From the human T2T-CHM13v2.0 reference genome, Homo sapiens: a stretch of DNA of 64,000 bases. Positions 35,509 to 50,347 of the stretch are shown one piece after another (positions within the stretch are counted from its first letter, which is position 1; every line of letters starts with the position of its first letter). Where the stretch lies: NCBI RefSeq assembly GCF_009914755.1, contig NC_060928.1; one strand, given 5' to 3'. The notes beneath the pieces are model-generated. The model did no database searches and was not told the DNA's origin. It saw nothing but the letters and a program-made list of their open reading frames with translations. The position numbers were made by a program, and so were the translations under genes.

Positions 35509-35998
35509 TGTTGGGAGCAGGCCCCCCAAAACTGGCCATAAACAAAATGTCTGCAGCACTGTAACATGTTCATAATGGCCCCTAATGCCTAAGCTGGAAG
35601 GTTGTGGGTTTATGGGAATGAGGGCAAGAAACACCTGGCCCGCCCAGGGCGGAAAACCGCTTAAAAGCATTCGTAAGCCACAAATAATAGCATGAGTGAT
35701 CTGTCCCTTAAGGACATGCTCCTGCTGCAGGTAACTAGCCCAACCTATTCCTTTAATTCGGCCCATCCCTTTGTTTCCCATAAAGGATACTTTTAGTTAA
35801 TCGAATATCTATAGAAACAATGCTAATGACTGGCTTGCTGTTAATAAATACGTGGGTAAATCTCTGTTCGGGGCTCTCAGCTCTGAAGGCTGTGAGACCC
35901 CTGATTTCCCGCTTCACACCTCTATATTTCTGTGTGTGTGTCTTTAATTCCTCTAGCGCCGCTGGGTTAGGGTCTCCCCTACCAAGCTGGTCTCGGCA
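35509..35998 (+). mobile_element. MER9 solo LTR (HERV-K HML-3 type)
   Basis: TGTTGGGAGCAGGCCCCCCAAAACTGGCCATAAAC...GGTCTCGGCA; AATAAA at ~35843; perfect 6-bp TSD GAAAAA typical of betaretrovirus-like ERVs. Confidence 0.88.
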
Positions 35999-36199
35999 GA
36001 AAAATGTGAGAAAATATTAACCACTACTTCCCAGCATTCACAATAAGTCAGTTGAAATTTATCATATTCCTAATTATAGAAACTAAAACTATAAATTTTC
36101 TAGAAGAAAATTTTATCCCTTGGGGTAAGTAGAGAAATAAAATCACTAATTACAAAAGGACAAAGTTAATACATTAAATTTAATAAAAACGTAAGACTC

Positions 36200-36295
36200 C
36201 TTTTTTTTTTTTCTTTAGAGACAGGATCTCACTCTGTCACTCAGGCTGGAGTGCAGTGGTGCAATCACAGCTCACTGCAGCCTCAAACTTCTGGA
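36200..36295 (-). mobile_element. AluJ 3' fragment
   Basis: T tract, GAGACAGGATCTCACTCTG...CACTGCAGCCTCAAAC then abrupt end. Confidence 0.85.
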
Positions 36296-36764
36296 ATTAA
36301 CCCAAAGGTATATCAACAGGAAAATGGATAATCAGTTTGTGGTATTTCTTACAATGGAATGCTACTTAGCAATAAAGAAGATACGTATTATTGATATATG
36401 TAACAGTATGGATGAGTCTCAAAACTATTACGTTGAATTAGAGAAGCCATACACAAGAGGGCAACCTATGTAATTCTATTTATATGAAGTTTAAGAACTT
36501 AAACTTAATTTTAAGTTCATAAACTTAAAATTAATTCTTAGTGATACAAATTAGAACAATGTTTGCCTTGTGGAGAGGAGAATTTACTAGAAAGAGGCAT
36601 GAAAGTCCTTTCATGGATAATGGAAATGTTCAATGTCTTGGTTTTGGTGGTTGGTTACACGGGTTTATAAAATTGTCAAAACCCATCAGACTGTACACTT
36701 GAAATTTGAGCATTTTATTGCATATAAAAATAACTCAAAAAGTGCTTCAAAGTAAAATAATATG

Positions 36765-37164
36765 TGTTAAATCAAGTTTAGCCTAAAGCTGCCTCCTTAT
36801 GTATTTTAAATTCAGCCTAAAGGTTTTTCTGTACATCATGAACTAAAACAGGTGGAGGTGTAAACAGACCACAGCCTACACTTGTGCCAATCACCGAGTT
36901 TTGGCCAATCAAATACAGCCAAATGTTCCAACTATGTTCCAATAAGGCAAACGCCAACCGGTAATTCATCTAGCTGTTTCTTCACCTCACTTGCGTTTTC
37001 TGTACATCACTTGCCATTTTTTGTCCATAAATCTTCTTCTACCACATATGTGGCTGCGCTGGGGTCACAGAGCCTACTCTGGCTCTGAAGGCTGCCCGAT
37101 TCACAAATCATTCATTGCTCAATTAAACTCCTTTACATTTAATTCGGCTGATGTTTTTATTTCA
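36765..37164 (+). mobile_element. MER57 solo LTR (ERV1)
   Basis: TGTTAAATCAAGTTTAGCCTAAAGCTGCCTCC start; tandem CCAATC boxes; GCTCAATTAAACTC. Confidence 0.8.
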
Positions 37165-37429
37165 TTATAAAGTATATATTGGGAAATACAAAGGGACAAG
37201 GAGCACAAAAGCCTCTTAAAGATTCTCCCTGTCTACTGTTCCCTAGAGAACCGAGGAGTGAATATCTACCTAATTCAAATTCTTAAGGTTTTCAAAAATA
37301 ATATTTTCAAACTCATACAGTGATGCACCACGGATAATAAAGCAAAAATCTCCATAATCCTACCCGCAAGACATAAGCAATGTTAACTGTTTTTTATATC
37401 TGGTATTTCCTATGTACGTATTAACATAT

Positions 37430-37743
<314 letters not shown>

Positions 37744-38235
37744 CAATATTGTTTTTAATAAAAATAATGTTATATGATCAAAATGTGTATAGTGACCTGA
37801 AATCAAAGCATTCAAGTCTAAAATCTGAGTTTATGAATCTGAAATTCTTCACTGGGTTTCCAGAGGTTGCATTTCATTGTCTTATTCAGCATGGAAGATA
37901 CCTGTCATTCATGTGTTTCTAATTTAGTAGAGCAGATTAATTCAGATAACTGAAATTGCAAGTAGAAATAAATGAGCTGCTTCAAAATATTTTTAGAATG
38001 AAACAGTGTGTGCATAAATTGATTTTCATGATTTTCATCGATAAATACAGTCATTACACGAGTGAATTTAAAGGGAAGAAAAGGTATTTTTCCACTCAGA
38101 GGTGTGGTTTCAAGCCTTTTCTTAGCAAAAGACTGCTTTCTTCAAATGAAATCTTCCAGAAACTCTGGCTTATAAAACAGATACAACCAAATCTACTCTA
38201 AGTGAATAGGTTTGGAAAAAAGCTAAAGTTAAAGT

Positions 38236-39011
<776 letters not shown>

Positions 39012-39223
39012 TGAAAATGGCTCTTTTTTACATTCATTTTTAAAGGACAATCTCACAGGACTTAGAATTCTAGGTTGACATATTTTTTTTCAATACTTTG
39101 AAGTTATTTAATTGTTTTCTACTGTCCATTTCTTTATTAATGAGAAGTCAGCCACAATTCTTATTGTTTCTCTGAGTGTAACATCTCTTTTCTTCTCTGG
39201 GTACTTTTAGGATTTCTCACCTT

Positions 39224-39384
39224 GGCCGGGTGTGGTGGTGGATTCCTGTAATCCCAGCTACTCAGGAGGCTGAGGCAGTAGAATTGTTTGTGCCTGTGAA
39301 GTGGAGGCTTCAGTTAGCCAAGATTGCACCACTGCACTCCAGCCTGGGTGACAGAGTGAAACGCTGGCTCAAACATACAAACAA
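39224..39384 (+). mobile_element. Alu right monomer
   Basis: Single monomer; TSD GATTTCTCACCTT. Confidence 0.88.
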
Positions 39385-39756
39385 GATTTCTCACCTTTAT
39401 CTTTGAATTTTGGCTATTTGACTGTGGTATGCCTTGATGAAGTCTTCATTGTTTTTGTCCTGTCTGGGATTTGCTGAGTTTTTTTTTTGTTTTGTTTTGT
39501 TTTGTTTTTGATCTATGGGTTTATGCCTTTGAGAAATTTGACTCACTCCTGTGTTCGACAACATGTTTTTGTCAACAGGTCTTAGGTACTCTGTTCTCTC
39601 TCTATATTTCTCCATGATTCAGTTTGAGTGAATTCTATTGAACTATCTTCAATTTCATCCATCCTTTCATCTATGTGTTCATTCTGCTCTTAAATCCTCT
39701 AAAGAACTTTTCATTTAAGATATTCTGTTTTCTAGTTCTAGAGATTTTAGTTCTTC

Positions 39757-40000
39757 TTTTTCAGCTTTATTGAGATATAGTTGACAAATTAAAATTCTAT
39801 ATATTTATGGTATATAATGTGATGTTTTCATATCTGTATACAGTGTAAAATGATTATAATTAACCTAATTTAACATATTCATCACCTCACATAGTTATCT
39901 TTTTATGTGTGTGGGCATAAAAATGTTTAATATCTACTTTTTAAGCAATTTTAAAATATACAATACATTCTTATTAACTACCATCACAATATTACATGAG
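39757..40000 (-). mobile_element. L1MA/MB 3' end
   Basis: CAGCTTTATTGAGATATAGTTGACAAAT...CATCACCTCACATAGTTA. Confidence 0.75.
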
Positions 40001-40004
40001 ATAG

Positions 40005-40207
40005 TTATTTATTTATTTATTATTTATTGAGATGGGGTCTCACTTTGTCACCCAGGCTGGAATGCAGTGGTGTGATCACAGCTGACTGCAGCCTCAGTCT
40101 CCCAGGCTCAAGCAATCCTACCCCCTCAGCCTCCTAAGTAGCTGGGACTATATGCACACACCACAATACCTGGCTAATTTTTGGTTTTTTCTTTCTTTCT
40201 TTCTTTT

Positions 40208-40263
<56 letters not shown>

Positions 40264-40546
40264 TTCTTTCTTTCTTTCTTTTTTTCTTTCCTTCCTTCCT
40301 TCCTTCCTTCCTTCCTTCCTTCCTTCCTTCCTTCCTTCCTTCCTTCTTTCTTTCTTTCTTTCTTTCTTTTTCTTTCTTTCTTTCTTTCTTTTCTTTCTTC
40401 CCTTCTTTCTTTCCTTTTTCTGTTTTTGTAGAGACAGGGTTTCGCAATGTTGCCCAGGCTGGTCTCGAACTCCTGGGCTCAAGTAATCTGCCCACTTGAG
40501 CCTCCCAAAGTGTTCTGTTTACAGGAGTGAGCCACTGAGCCCAGCC
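40005..40546 (-). mobile_element. AluJ with expanded microsatellite in its central linker
   Basis: Right arm 40029-40180 and left arm 40425-40546, separated by a CT-only array. Confidence 0.92.
40185..40420. repeat. Compound (CTTT)n(CCTT)n(CTTT)n microsatellite, ~235 bp
   Basis: Pure pyrimidine tract read directly. Confidence 0.97.
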
Positions 40547-40631
40547 TCCATTATATTTTACAATTTTAATTTTCTGCTGGAATTCCTTATCTGTTCACAC
40601 ATTCTATTTTTTCCTGAAAACCTTAAAAAAT

Positions 40632-40860
40632 ATTTTTTTAAATTGCAACTTTTATTTTAGGTTCAGAGAGTATAGGATTATTACAAGGGCCTATTGCATG
40701 GTGCTGAGGTTTGGGTACAATTGAGCCCATCACCCAGGTAATGAGCATAGTACCCAACAGGTAATTTTCCAGTGCTTGCTTCCCTTCCTCCCTCCCGCTT
40801 CTTGTAGTCTCCAATGTCTATTGTTCCCATCTTAATGTCGATGTGTACCCAATGTTTAAT
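40632..40860 (-). mobile_element. L1PA/PB 3' end
   Basis: TTGCATGGTGCTGAGGTTTGGG...CCCATCACCCAGGTAATGAGCATAGTACCCAACAGG. Confidence 0.8.
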
Positions 40861-41384
40861 CTTTTAACATAAATATACTAGCTGTTTTTAAATTCTTTCT
40901 TTGCTAATTCCAGAATCTGAGTAATGGAAACTCTATTTCTATTGCCTGTTTTTCTCTTGGTTCTAGGTCACATTTTCCTGCATCTTTGCATAACTAGTAA
41001 GTGTGTATTGAATTCTGAACATTATGTACGACATATTGTACAAACTCTAGATTCTATTATCTTCCCATAAAGAGTACTCCATTTCACTATGGCAAATATT
41101 TAAATATTTGGTGGATGTTCTTGATTCTATTGAGGCTTGATTTTGGAATTTGTTATGGAGGCTTATTTGAGTTTACCCTTAGATTTGGGGCATGGCTTGG
41201 AGTCTTGGATCATGAGTTTATTCTGGTAACATGGCTCTTAGGGTTTCATTGGAAAATCCAAAATGTTTTCTAATCTCCTCCTTCTTGACTAGATTTGAAC
41301 TCTGAACTATCTTCCTAGAACCAGGTAGCTACTGAAATCTCTGCTTATATATATTTTTTTCTTTTAGTTTGTGTATTTTCTTTT

Positions 41385-41770
41385 TTGTATTTTTTATTTG
41401 TTATTTTATTTTATTTTAAGTTCTGGGATACACGTGTAGGATGTGCAGGTTTGTTACACAGGTAAACATGTGCCATGGTGGTTGGCTGCACCTGTCAACC
41501 CAACACCTAGGTATTAAGCCCTGCATGTATTAGCGATTTTTCCTGATGCTCTCCCCACTCCCTGCCCTCCCCTGACAGGCCCCAGTGTGTGTTGTTCCCC
41601 TCCCTGTGTCCCTGTGTTCTCATTGTTCAGCTCCCACTTGTAAGTGAGAACGTGTGGTGTGTGGTATTTGGTTTTTTGTTCCTGATAGTTTGCTAGGGAT
41701 AATGGCTTCCAGCTTCATCCATGTCCCTGCAAAGGACGTAATCTCGTTCCTTTTTATGGCTGCATAATAT
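41385..41770 (-). mobile_element. L1PA 3' end
   Basis: TTTTAAGTTCTGGGATACACGTG...GTTCAGCTCCCACTTGTAAGTGAGAAC. Confidence 0.88.
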
Positions 41771-42541
41771 TTTATCTTTTTAGCCCCTCAATTGCTGATG
41801 TCTGCTGGGTTCCTTGAGTGTCATTTAGGAACCAGCCAGAGACTTGCAGGGACTTTCTATGCTGATTTTAGAGCTCTCTCTTTGTGTCTAAGATTTCTTC
41901 TAAGATTTGTCCCCTTGGTTTTCAACCACTGTGGCATCTCTGAACTTCAGTTTCTGTTTCCTGAGCAAAAAATGTCTTCTTTCAGTTTGAACTTGATTTC
42001 CTCATGCATCATGTGAACTGAAAAGTTCCCATATGGGAAAAGTTGGGTACATGTAGAAGTCACTCAGTGTCCTTTGCTCCGTTCAAGCACCTTCTGCTGA
42101 ACAGTTTCTGCCTTCTTTGGGTTGTATTGTGTTTTGTATCATTGTTATTAGCATGAGGGTTTGTCTTATACAAGCAACTCCATTATTACTTTACTCCCAT
42201 TAGTGTTAAATTCCACTATTTTCCTAACATTTGACCTCTGTAGCCCCTAAAAGCATTTGAGTTCATAGCCTCTATTTTAAATTTATAAAGGTCTGATTTT
42301 TTTTTTACAAAATATATTTTATAATGAATATGATCTATTTTTAATCAGAAAAAAAACACAATCACCCAGTTTGGGAAGGGTCTATTTCCTTAGATTTAGA
42401 CAGGTATGGAAAATGGTATATCCCATAAGAGCGGGAGAACACTGCTCAGTGAAAGCCCTCTGTGGAGGGAGGGCAGAGATCAGACATCTAAGCAGATGGC
42501 TGTGAGGGGTAAAACTCAAAGCTTCCCGATTCCCAGCTTCA

Positions 42542-42844
42542 GGCTGGGCGTGGTGGCTCACACCTGTACTCCTAGCACTTGGGGAGGCCAAGGCGGGAGA
42601 ATTACTTGAGTCCAGGAGTTCCAGACCATCCTGGGCAACATAGTGAGACCCTGTCTATACATGAATTTAAAAAAAAATTAGGCATGGTGGTGCACACATG
42701 TAGTCCTAGCTACTCAGAAGGCCAAGGTGGGAAGATTGTTTGAGCCCAGAAGTTTGCGGCTATAGTAAGAATCATGACTGCAGTACTGCACTCCAGCCCG
42801 AGTGACAGAACAAGACCCCTCACAACAAGAACAACAACAACAAA
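42542..42844 (+). mobile_element. AluJ
   Basis: Dimer with TTGAGCCCAGAAGTTTGCGGCT; (CAA)n tail. Confidence 0.9.
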
Positions 42845-43669
42845 ATTCCCAGTTTCAGGAAGATTCCCTGCTCTATTGGCGATTTGGAAGCAGAAATCTA
42901 AGGGGGTTTTTAAAAGGTCAGTGGTGACCACGGTAACATCGATCCTCATTTCATTTCCTAGGGGTCATGAAAACAGCACATGTTGGAGCATTCTTGGAAA
43001 GGATCCCAATAGCATTGGAAAAATCATTCCTCACCAATACAGTGGAATGGGAGCTGAAATCCAGGATTAAGTTCATATAAAGGAAATCGAGAAATATTTT
43101 TCATACAGCTGAGTTTTTGGCCTGAGAATCATGCTTTTGCAATCCCATAGGAGACAGGGTGAGACATACTATAGACCCACGTCACAAGGTTCCAGTCACA
43201 GCACACCAAACAGCACTTTTGAAAAAAACATGTTTTATGGGTGGGTCAACACTTGTCAGATTAGGGGACCCTGTCCTCACTGATGTCACTTGATCCTGTT
43301 AATTACCGAGTCCCGAGAAAGAGACCCAGGTAAAAGTAAGCTCCGTATCCTTGGGCCATGTGATGTTTCCGGATAATTTCCAGATTATCTGTAGTTGAAC
43401 AGGGAGTTCACAAGCTTTCCCCATGACTCAGAAAATTATAACTGCCTGAAGAATTTTTAGAAGGCTGTAAGTGAGGAGATGGTCCTGTGGGACTGAGCAA
43501 AACATACCATGCTGGATTTTCCAAATGTGGGATGTGATTTAGATAAGCTTCCACCCTTGATATGCTTTTCAAAAATAACCTTTATCAGATTGTTATTTAT
43601 TATTTCACTCAACACATAGTAAGTATTGACTAAGGACCACTCACTATTTTAGGCAGTGACACTACCACA

Positions 43670-43832
43670 GGCCTGGGCAGAGGAACCTGATTGGAAACAG
43701 TCCTGCAACCGGAGGAGGTGTCTAAAAATGTAGGGAGATTTCCTTGTTTGTCAGAATGACTGGGAGTTTCTACTGACATTAGCTGCCAGGTGTTAAGTGA
43801 TGGTAAAATGTAATGCAATGCACAGAACATAC
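43670..43832. mobile_element. MER20/MER3-like hAT fragment
   Basis: GTTTGTCAGAATGACTGGG...CTACTGACATTAG...AATGCACAGAACA pattern. Confidence 0.45.
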
Positions 43833-43881
43833 CAAGAGCACTTGCATAGGTCAGTATTTGTGAAAGAACAGGAACTATTTA

Positions 43882-44226
<345 letters not shown>

Positions 44227-44529
44227 TTACAGCAAAATGGGCATGTTCAAAACCATTTTCTGTGCTGGAACACTTGTAGGTTTGCTGTTCATTAGAGATT
44301 TATGAAATCGCCTCTGACATCCTTGCTAGGAGCTACAGGAACCCACCACCAATAGTCACAGCCGCTTTCACAAGAAAATGCCCTGAGGCCACCGGAAACA
44401 CCTCAATTCATCTTAGCAGCCAGGAAAATGTAATGCCTTTTGATCTCCTTCTGCCTTCCAGATCAAAACCAGAACCTTGCTTATGGTCATTCTGGGGAAT
44501 GTAGTTCCCAGGTTCCTGGTCCAGCAATA

Positions 44530-44700
44530 CAGAGGAATAGCATAGATTAGACATTCTCAGACTCCATCACCTCTAGTCAAAAAGGTTTGTCGACACATTG
44601 TTGGGGTTCAGTACACCTTGATGAGCCCTTGGAATTTGCATCTCTATCAAGTCTACAGGTGATGCTCATGCTGGTGGTCTACGCTTTGAGGCCATATGCT
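44530..44700. mobile_element. MER5A-like hAT fragment
   Basis: GGAATTTGCATCTCTATCAAGTCTACAGGTGATGCTCATGCTGGTGGTC motif. Confidence 0.6.
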
Positions 44701-45660
44701 TAGAAGGGAAAATAAGGATGTATGCAAATGTCCAATCTGTCACAGCCAGATAAAGACATGGCGTTTATCCTGAGTGAAATGAGGGGCCTTTGGAGAATTT
44801 TTAAGCAGAGGAATGACATGATCTGACTTCCATTTTAAAAGGATCACCTGGGCTTCCAGGAAAATAATAAAAACAGCCATGCCAGGCAAGAGGTCATTGT
44901 GACAAAAAAAAAAGTTCATGGTGGAAACTTAGGAAAATACAAAATAAAAAGACAAATATAATAAAAATCACTTACAATCCCACCAGTCGGAACCAACTAT
45001 TATTAATATTTAGATATATTTCCTTTCTGTGTGTTCACTGAGATTATAGTTTACACGATGTGTAACATCATTGTTTAAACTTTAATATATCATGCCATTG
45101 AGAATTCTAGGTCATGGAATAGTCTTCTGCAACATTAAGAGGAAGCTGATTGGTGGAAGGCATGCAGAAGATGTCACTGAGATGTCACTGGGCCTGTTAG
45201 TGAATGTGCTTCCTGAGGTGCCGGTCTCTTCTGTTCCTCTTCCTAACACACCTAGCCTATCAAACAGAAAATATTTTAATCAGAATTTCAAGTTCTTGAC
45301 TTAGCACGTGCTTAACAAAGGCTTACTTTTTAAGTCACTGAGGCAGTGAGGGAGGAGCTTGGGCAAGGTTCCTCAAGATCGCCAGTCCAGTGTTCTTAAG
45401 ATCACAAGTGTGGACAATTAGCCGTCAAAGAATGGTCTCACAGGATTTTTCCGTGTATATCTGATATATTGCTTATCACCTTGTCAAAACTCAATAAACA
45501 GTTATGGGAGAAATACATTAATGAACTACATCTCTAAGCCTTGACCTCTACAGTATTTCTTCCTTCCAATCAATATGCTTCTTGAAGTTTAGAAAAAACA
45601 GTCTCTAATCCTTCATCTCCTACTCTTTTGCAAGTGATATGGAATTTGTTTCTTCCTGAA

Positions 45661-45767
45661 AGGAAAGGTGAAATATTTTTCTCTGGAAAGAAGGGTAAGA
45701 AAATAAGAAACTGTAGAGTTGGAACTAAGAACCCCAGAGTACATTTAAATAAGACATAAATGTATTA
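45661..45767 (+). repeat. Dispersed direct repeat, copy 1
   Basis: ~105 bp, ~90% identical to 47262-47365. Confidence 0.9.
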
Positions 45768-47261
45768 CTCACCCTCCCAATGAAAGCAGAGGCCCCAAAG
45801 TCAACTTCCTTAAAGGGCTAGACAGATAATGTTGTGAATATTTGGAAAGGATAGATATAAGTCAATAGACAGTACTGTGACCCATGATAAATACAATAAA
45901 AACATATTGAAATTATACTTCCCAAAATATTATGGATTAGGTATTCCGGAAAACACCTCTGAGAAGAAACTTTAAAATACCAGAAAAAAATGCAATAAAT
46001 ATTTAAATACTTAGTTGAACATTTAATTGAAGGACCTCATTTTAGGTGATAAAGCAAGGGCTAATGCAGGGAAGCCCCGGAATTGCTAGCTGACACCAGC
46101 AAGTTCGTGTTTTGGGTTTAATGTGTGAGGGATAAGAGGCAGGGCCTCAGGTCAACTTATGATAGGGATTTGGGACTGAGATTTCCTCATAAATCTAAGG
46201 GTCTTGAAATGCTATAACCTTAATAAAAGAATAGGTTAGAAAAAGAGTCTATATATTGTCAACAGGAAGGACACTTTTCTTTCTCAGCATCAAATCTGAG
46301 TGGAAATTAAAAAAAAAACTTATGTAATTCTAAGCATGCCCCTATAAGAGTCTGCGATTCTCCGACAATCCATGGAATCCCAAGGAGAGAATTAACACAA
46401 TGGTCCAGGATTAATACCACTCTTGGATGTGTGTTAGAAGCCAGTATTTTCTGGAATAATGGTCCCTCTCCTAAGGCCTCCTTAGTGGATTTACTAGATT
46501 TGGGTCAGTCAAATAGGTTGGAAATGACATTCTTCGTCTTAAAGCTTTCTAGATATTCCTGATCTATAAAACTAAGTTATTGGGCTAAAATGTTTTTAAT
46601 GTCATTTCAATTTTGTGTTTGTCTGATTTGGCTTGTGCCACAAATCTAAAATTTTTGCCAGTTAATATCACGGCCATCTCCAAGTCACTGGAAAACACTA
46701 AGTGAACTTTGTAGATGTCTCTTGTTTTCCTGTAATGTTATGAACTATATTAGTGCTTAATACATTGAAATTAACATGATGGAAATAAAAAAAGATTTAT
46801 TCAGCTAATTTCAAACAAAATAAACAGCTCCCATTCTCATCAGTCAAAATCTTACCCTACTCAGAAGATGATCAAAAGCAAAACTAAAGAAGTAGCCACT
46901 GAGTCATCATTAAATTTTACTTGAAACGTGTTATGTAAGCAGTCTTGTTCTCAATCATGCAGAAAATAAAAACAGACATGCTGTGGACGCTGGTTTGAAT
47001 GGAACAGAACGAAACTCATGTCTGTCAGTCACTGATCCTTGCCAAGCTGTGGGAATCATACTTGTTAAAGTGATTGAAGTCCTCAGTGGTAGAATTTATT
47101 TTGCTTCATTTTCACCAAAGCTTTACAAGCAGAAAATGTTTCCATTTGCATAAAAGTTTCAATTAGTACTGACTAATTTTAATTTTGGTTTCTTTGAAAA
47201 TTCACATCTAATTGTCTAAGGCATTTCCAGCACTAATAGTAGACAAACTGTGAACATTAGT

Positions 47262-47365
47262 AGGCAAAAGTGAAAATTTTTCTCTGGAAAGAAGGGTAAG
47301 ACAATAAACTGTAGAGTTGGAATTAAGAACCCCAGAATACATTTAAGTAAGACATAAATGTATTA
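47262..47365 (+). repeat. Dispersed direct repeat, copy 2
   Basis: TTTTTCTCTGGAAAGAAGGGTAAGA...TAAGACATAAATGTATTA shared with 45661-45767. Confidence 0.9.
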
Positions 47366-49419
47366 ATAAATATTTGAAGAATGGATTAAGAAAAATAAGC
47401 TCATGATAATTATATAATTACCATTGCACTTAAAGGAAAGTCATTTGGGCCCCCAAACTAACTGTAAGGTGAAGCTGGGCTGAAAGCAAACAAAAGGAAC
47501 CGTAGACATTTTTTTAAAAATAAGAAACACACAAAATTCAAGTCATTTACTCAAATTTAAGTGAAATAATCAGCACAGAGATTGCAATTGTTGCTGTCTA
47601 TTGTAGAAAAAACTAGAACATAATTCTTCATGGATTGCTTTGAACTGGACAGGTCAATTGCTTCCTTGATTCATTTTTTTAAAAAAACAAAAACCTTAGC
47701 AATTTATTCCTGCTGGTGTACTAAAGCACAGCACTTGTGTCATTCTCTAAGCTCTCGTCGGGTAGAATGAAGTCAGGGCTAAAGCTTATCAGGGCTTTGG
47801 AGAGGAAAGTGAGGGTTTAGGGCACCACAGTGAGAACTGCTTTTCCCCACACTAATACAATATTCCAAGAAGGTTTGCTAAGTTTAATTGAGTCTAACTG
47901 AGCTAAGTTGAACTGAATTGAATTCAATCTAAATGAATCAGTTGCAGGTCATACTGTTGAGTTTTAAACTCTTGTTTTTTTTTTTTCCTGAAAGAGTCCT
48001 TGAGACCCATCCTTCAGCACAGGCTGAGAATTTCTATCTGTAATTTCTTTTCAGGGGCAGTTAATATTTTAAAAGATTTTGTTTAGAAGTGGTTTCCTCA
48101 ATATCTTTATGATGCAATATTAGTTCTCTTTCATAGCCATTATTTTCAGTTGGAACCACAAATGAGAATATTTCTTGCTGCACTTCTGGTTAACATCTGA
48201 TTCCCCAACTAGACTGCACATCTCTGTGCTTTGTTCACCCCTCTGTCCCAGGACTGGTTTAGTGTCTGGCACAGAATAGTTGCTTTAATAATTATTTGAT
48301 GAGTGGATTAATTAATATAAATAACAAGAACAGTAAGAGAATCACAATTCTGTAATTACCATTTCACTTGAAGGAAAAACTTGGCCTAAGGGAAATGTTA
48401 ATTCTTGCATTTATGTTTAGTGAGTATGCTGTGGAAGTTGTTTCTCTCTATACCAGCCCGTGCCTCTAAGCTTTTGGTCTGTAGAAGTAGTTGATTTCTT
48501 TGAAGTGCTTGATTCATTGTTGACATTGGTATGTACAGCAGGAAACAGCTGATTTGAGAATATGCCAAGGTGTTAGGGCATCAAATATGGGTCTTGGAAC
48601 AAATGGAACAGAACTGAGTTTGTTTAGCCTTGACAACGGACAAAGTTTTTACCTGCTAAAGTAGATTTTATGTATCAATTTTGCCATGAAGAAATTGAAG
48701 ACCAGAGAGGCCAAGGAGCTTGTCCAAAGTTCAAAGGCAGGGCTGGTGTGCAGGCAGCCGCATGTGCTCCACAGTGACTGTCTTGCTTTGTCAGCCACGC
48801 CATTACTGGTTGTTAAGATTCAGGTACTGCCATGGACAGCAATAGAGCACACACAGAAATAGACTAAAAGCTCCTGTTTTTTCTAATATTCTCTATTGGC
48901 CATCACTATATTTTGAGTTCAGAAACCTGAATATGACCCAGGATTCCCTTTGTATTCGCTCTGTGGTGCTCCATAAGGCACTCGTGTCCTCTGAATGTCA
49001 TTTTCTTTATATGTGAAAACGAGGATCACCGTCCCCACTTTATTATTGTGAGAGTTAAACAAGAAACCTGTGGGAAAGGTAATGGAAGACCTGGCACTCA
49101 CTAAACGTCATTCAAATCTGAATCTGTTGTGAACCTCAGACATTCTCTTCATATTCCAGTTTTGATCCATATTCTCCTGGCATTACTCTGAAATGCATTG
49201 TCTCACCCTTTCTTCAACATCAAAGCAGTTCAGACCTATGCACTAAACTACCTCGTTTACTGTCTCCCAAAGCTCCCTAGTTGGACTGAGCCTCTGCTGC
49301 CCACAGTGGTGAGCACTTAACACCACACATTTGATTGGCTTCCTGCTCTTCCCCATCTTCCTAGGCTGCTTCCTGGATTCAACATGTAAATAATTTGCAT
49401 TTAAACTACTTGTCTCAGG

Positions 49420-50285
49420 AACTCAAACCACTCAACCAAAAAACAATAATCCCAACAAAAAGTGAGCAAAGGTCATGAACAGACATTTTTCAAAGGAAAA
49501 CACAAAAATGACCAAGTATATGAAAAAAAAAATGCTCAACATCACTAATCATCAGAAAACTGAAAATTAAAACTGCAATGATATACCATCTTACACCAGT
49601 CAGAATGGCGATTATTAAAGTGTCAAAAGATAACAGATGTTGGAACGGCTATGGAGGAAAGGGAAAGCTTATATACACTGCTGGTGGAGATGTAAATTAG
49701 CACAACCTCTGTGGAGACCAGCATGGAGATTTCTCAAAGAAATAAAAATAGAAATACCACTGGATCCAGGAATCCCCCTATTGGGTATCTACCCAAAAGA
49801 AAAGAAATCATTATACCAAAAAGATACCTGCACTCATATGTTTATCACAACACTATTCACAATAGCAAAGATATGGAACTAACCTCAGTGTCCATCAAAA
49901 GATGATTGGATAAAGAAAGTGTAATATGTGTATACATACATAATGGAATACTATTCAGCCATGAAAAATGAAATAATACCTTTGACAGCAACATGGATGG
50001 AACTGGAGGCCATTATCCTGAGTGAAACGACTCAGTAACAGAAAGAAAAATATCACATATTCTCACTTATAAGTGGGAGCTAGATAATGAGCAAATGAGA
50101 CAAAGTATGGAATGATAGATATTGGAGACCTGGAAGACAGTCAGGGTGGATGATAACAAATTACTTAATGGGTACAATGTATATTATTTGAGTGATGGAT
50201 ACACTAAAAGCTCAGACTACACCACTATGCAATATATCCATGTAACAAAATTGCACTTATACCCCTAACATTTATACAGTAAATA
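49420..50285 (+). mobile_element. L1MA 3' fragment inserted in an LTR16/33-like remnant
   Basis: ORF2 C-terminal remnant (ORF 49637-49882) and 3' UTR; TSD TAAACTACTTGTCTCAGG/TAAACCACTTGCCTCAGG. Confidence 0.88.
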
Positions 50286-50347
50286 AACCACTTGCCTCAG
50301 GGTCTGGTTCAGGGGACTCCAATTAAAATAGGGCATATCTTCATATA

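Noticed and set aside
40148-40499. K/E/R-rich and F/L/S-rich ORFs
   Set aside because: Translations of the CTTT/CCTT microsatellite
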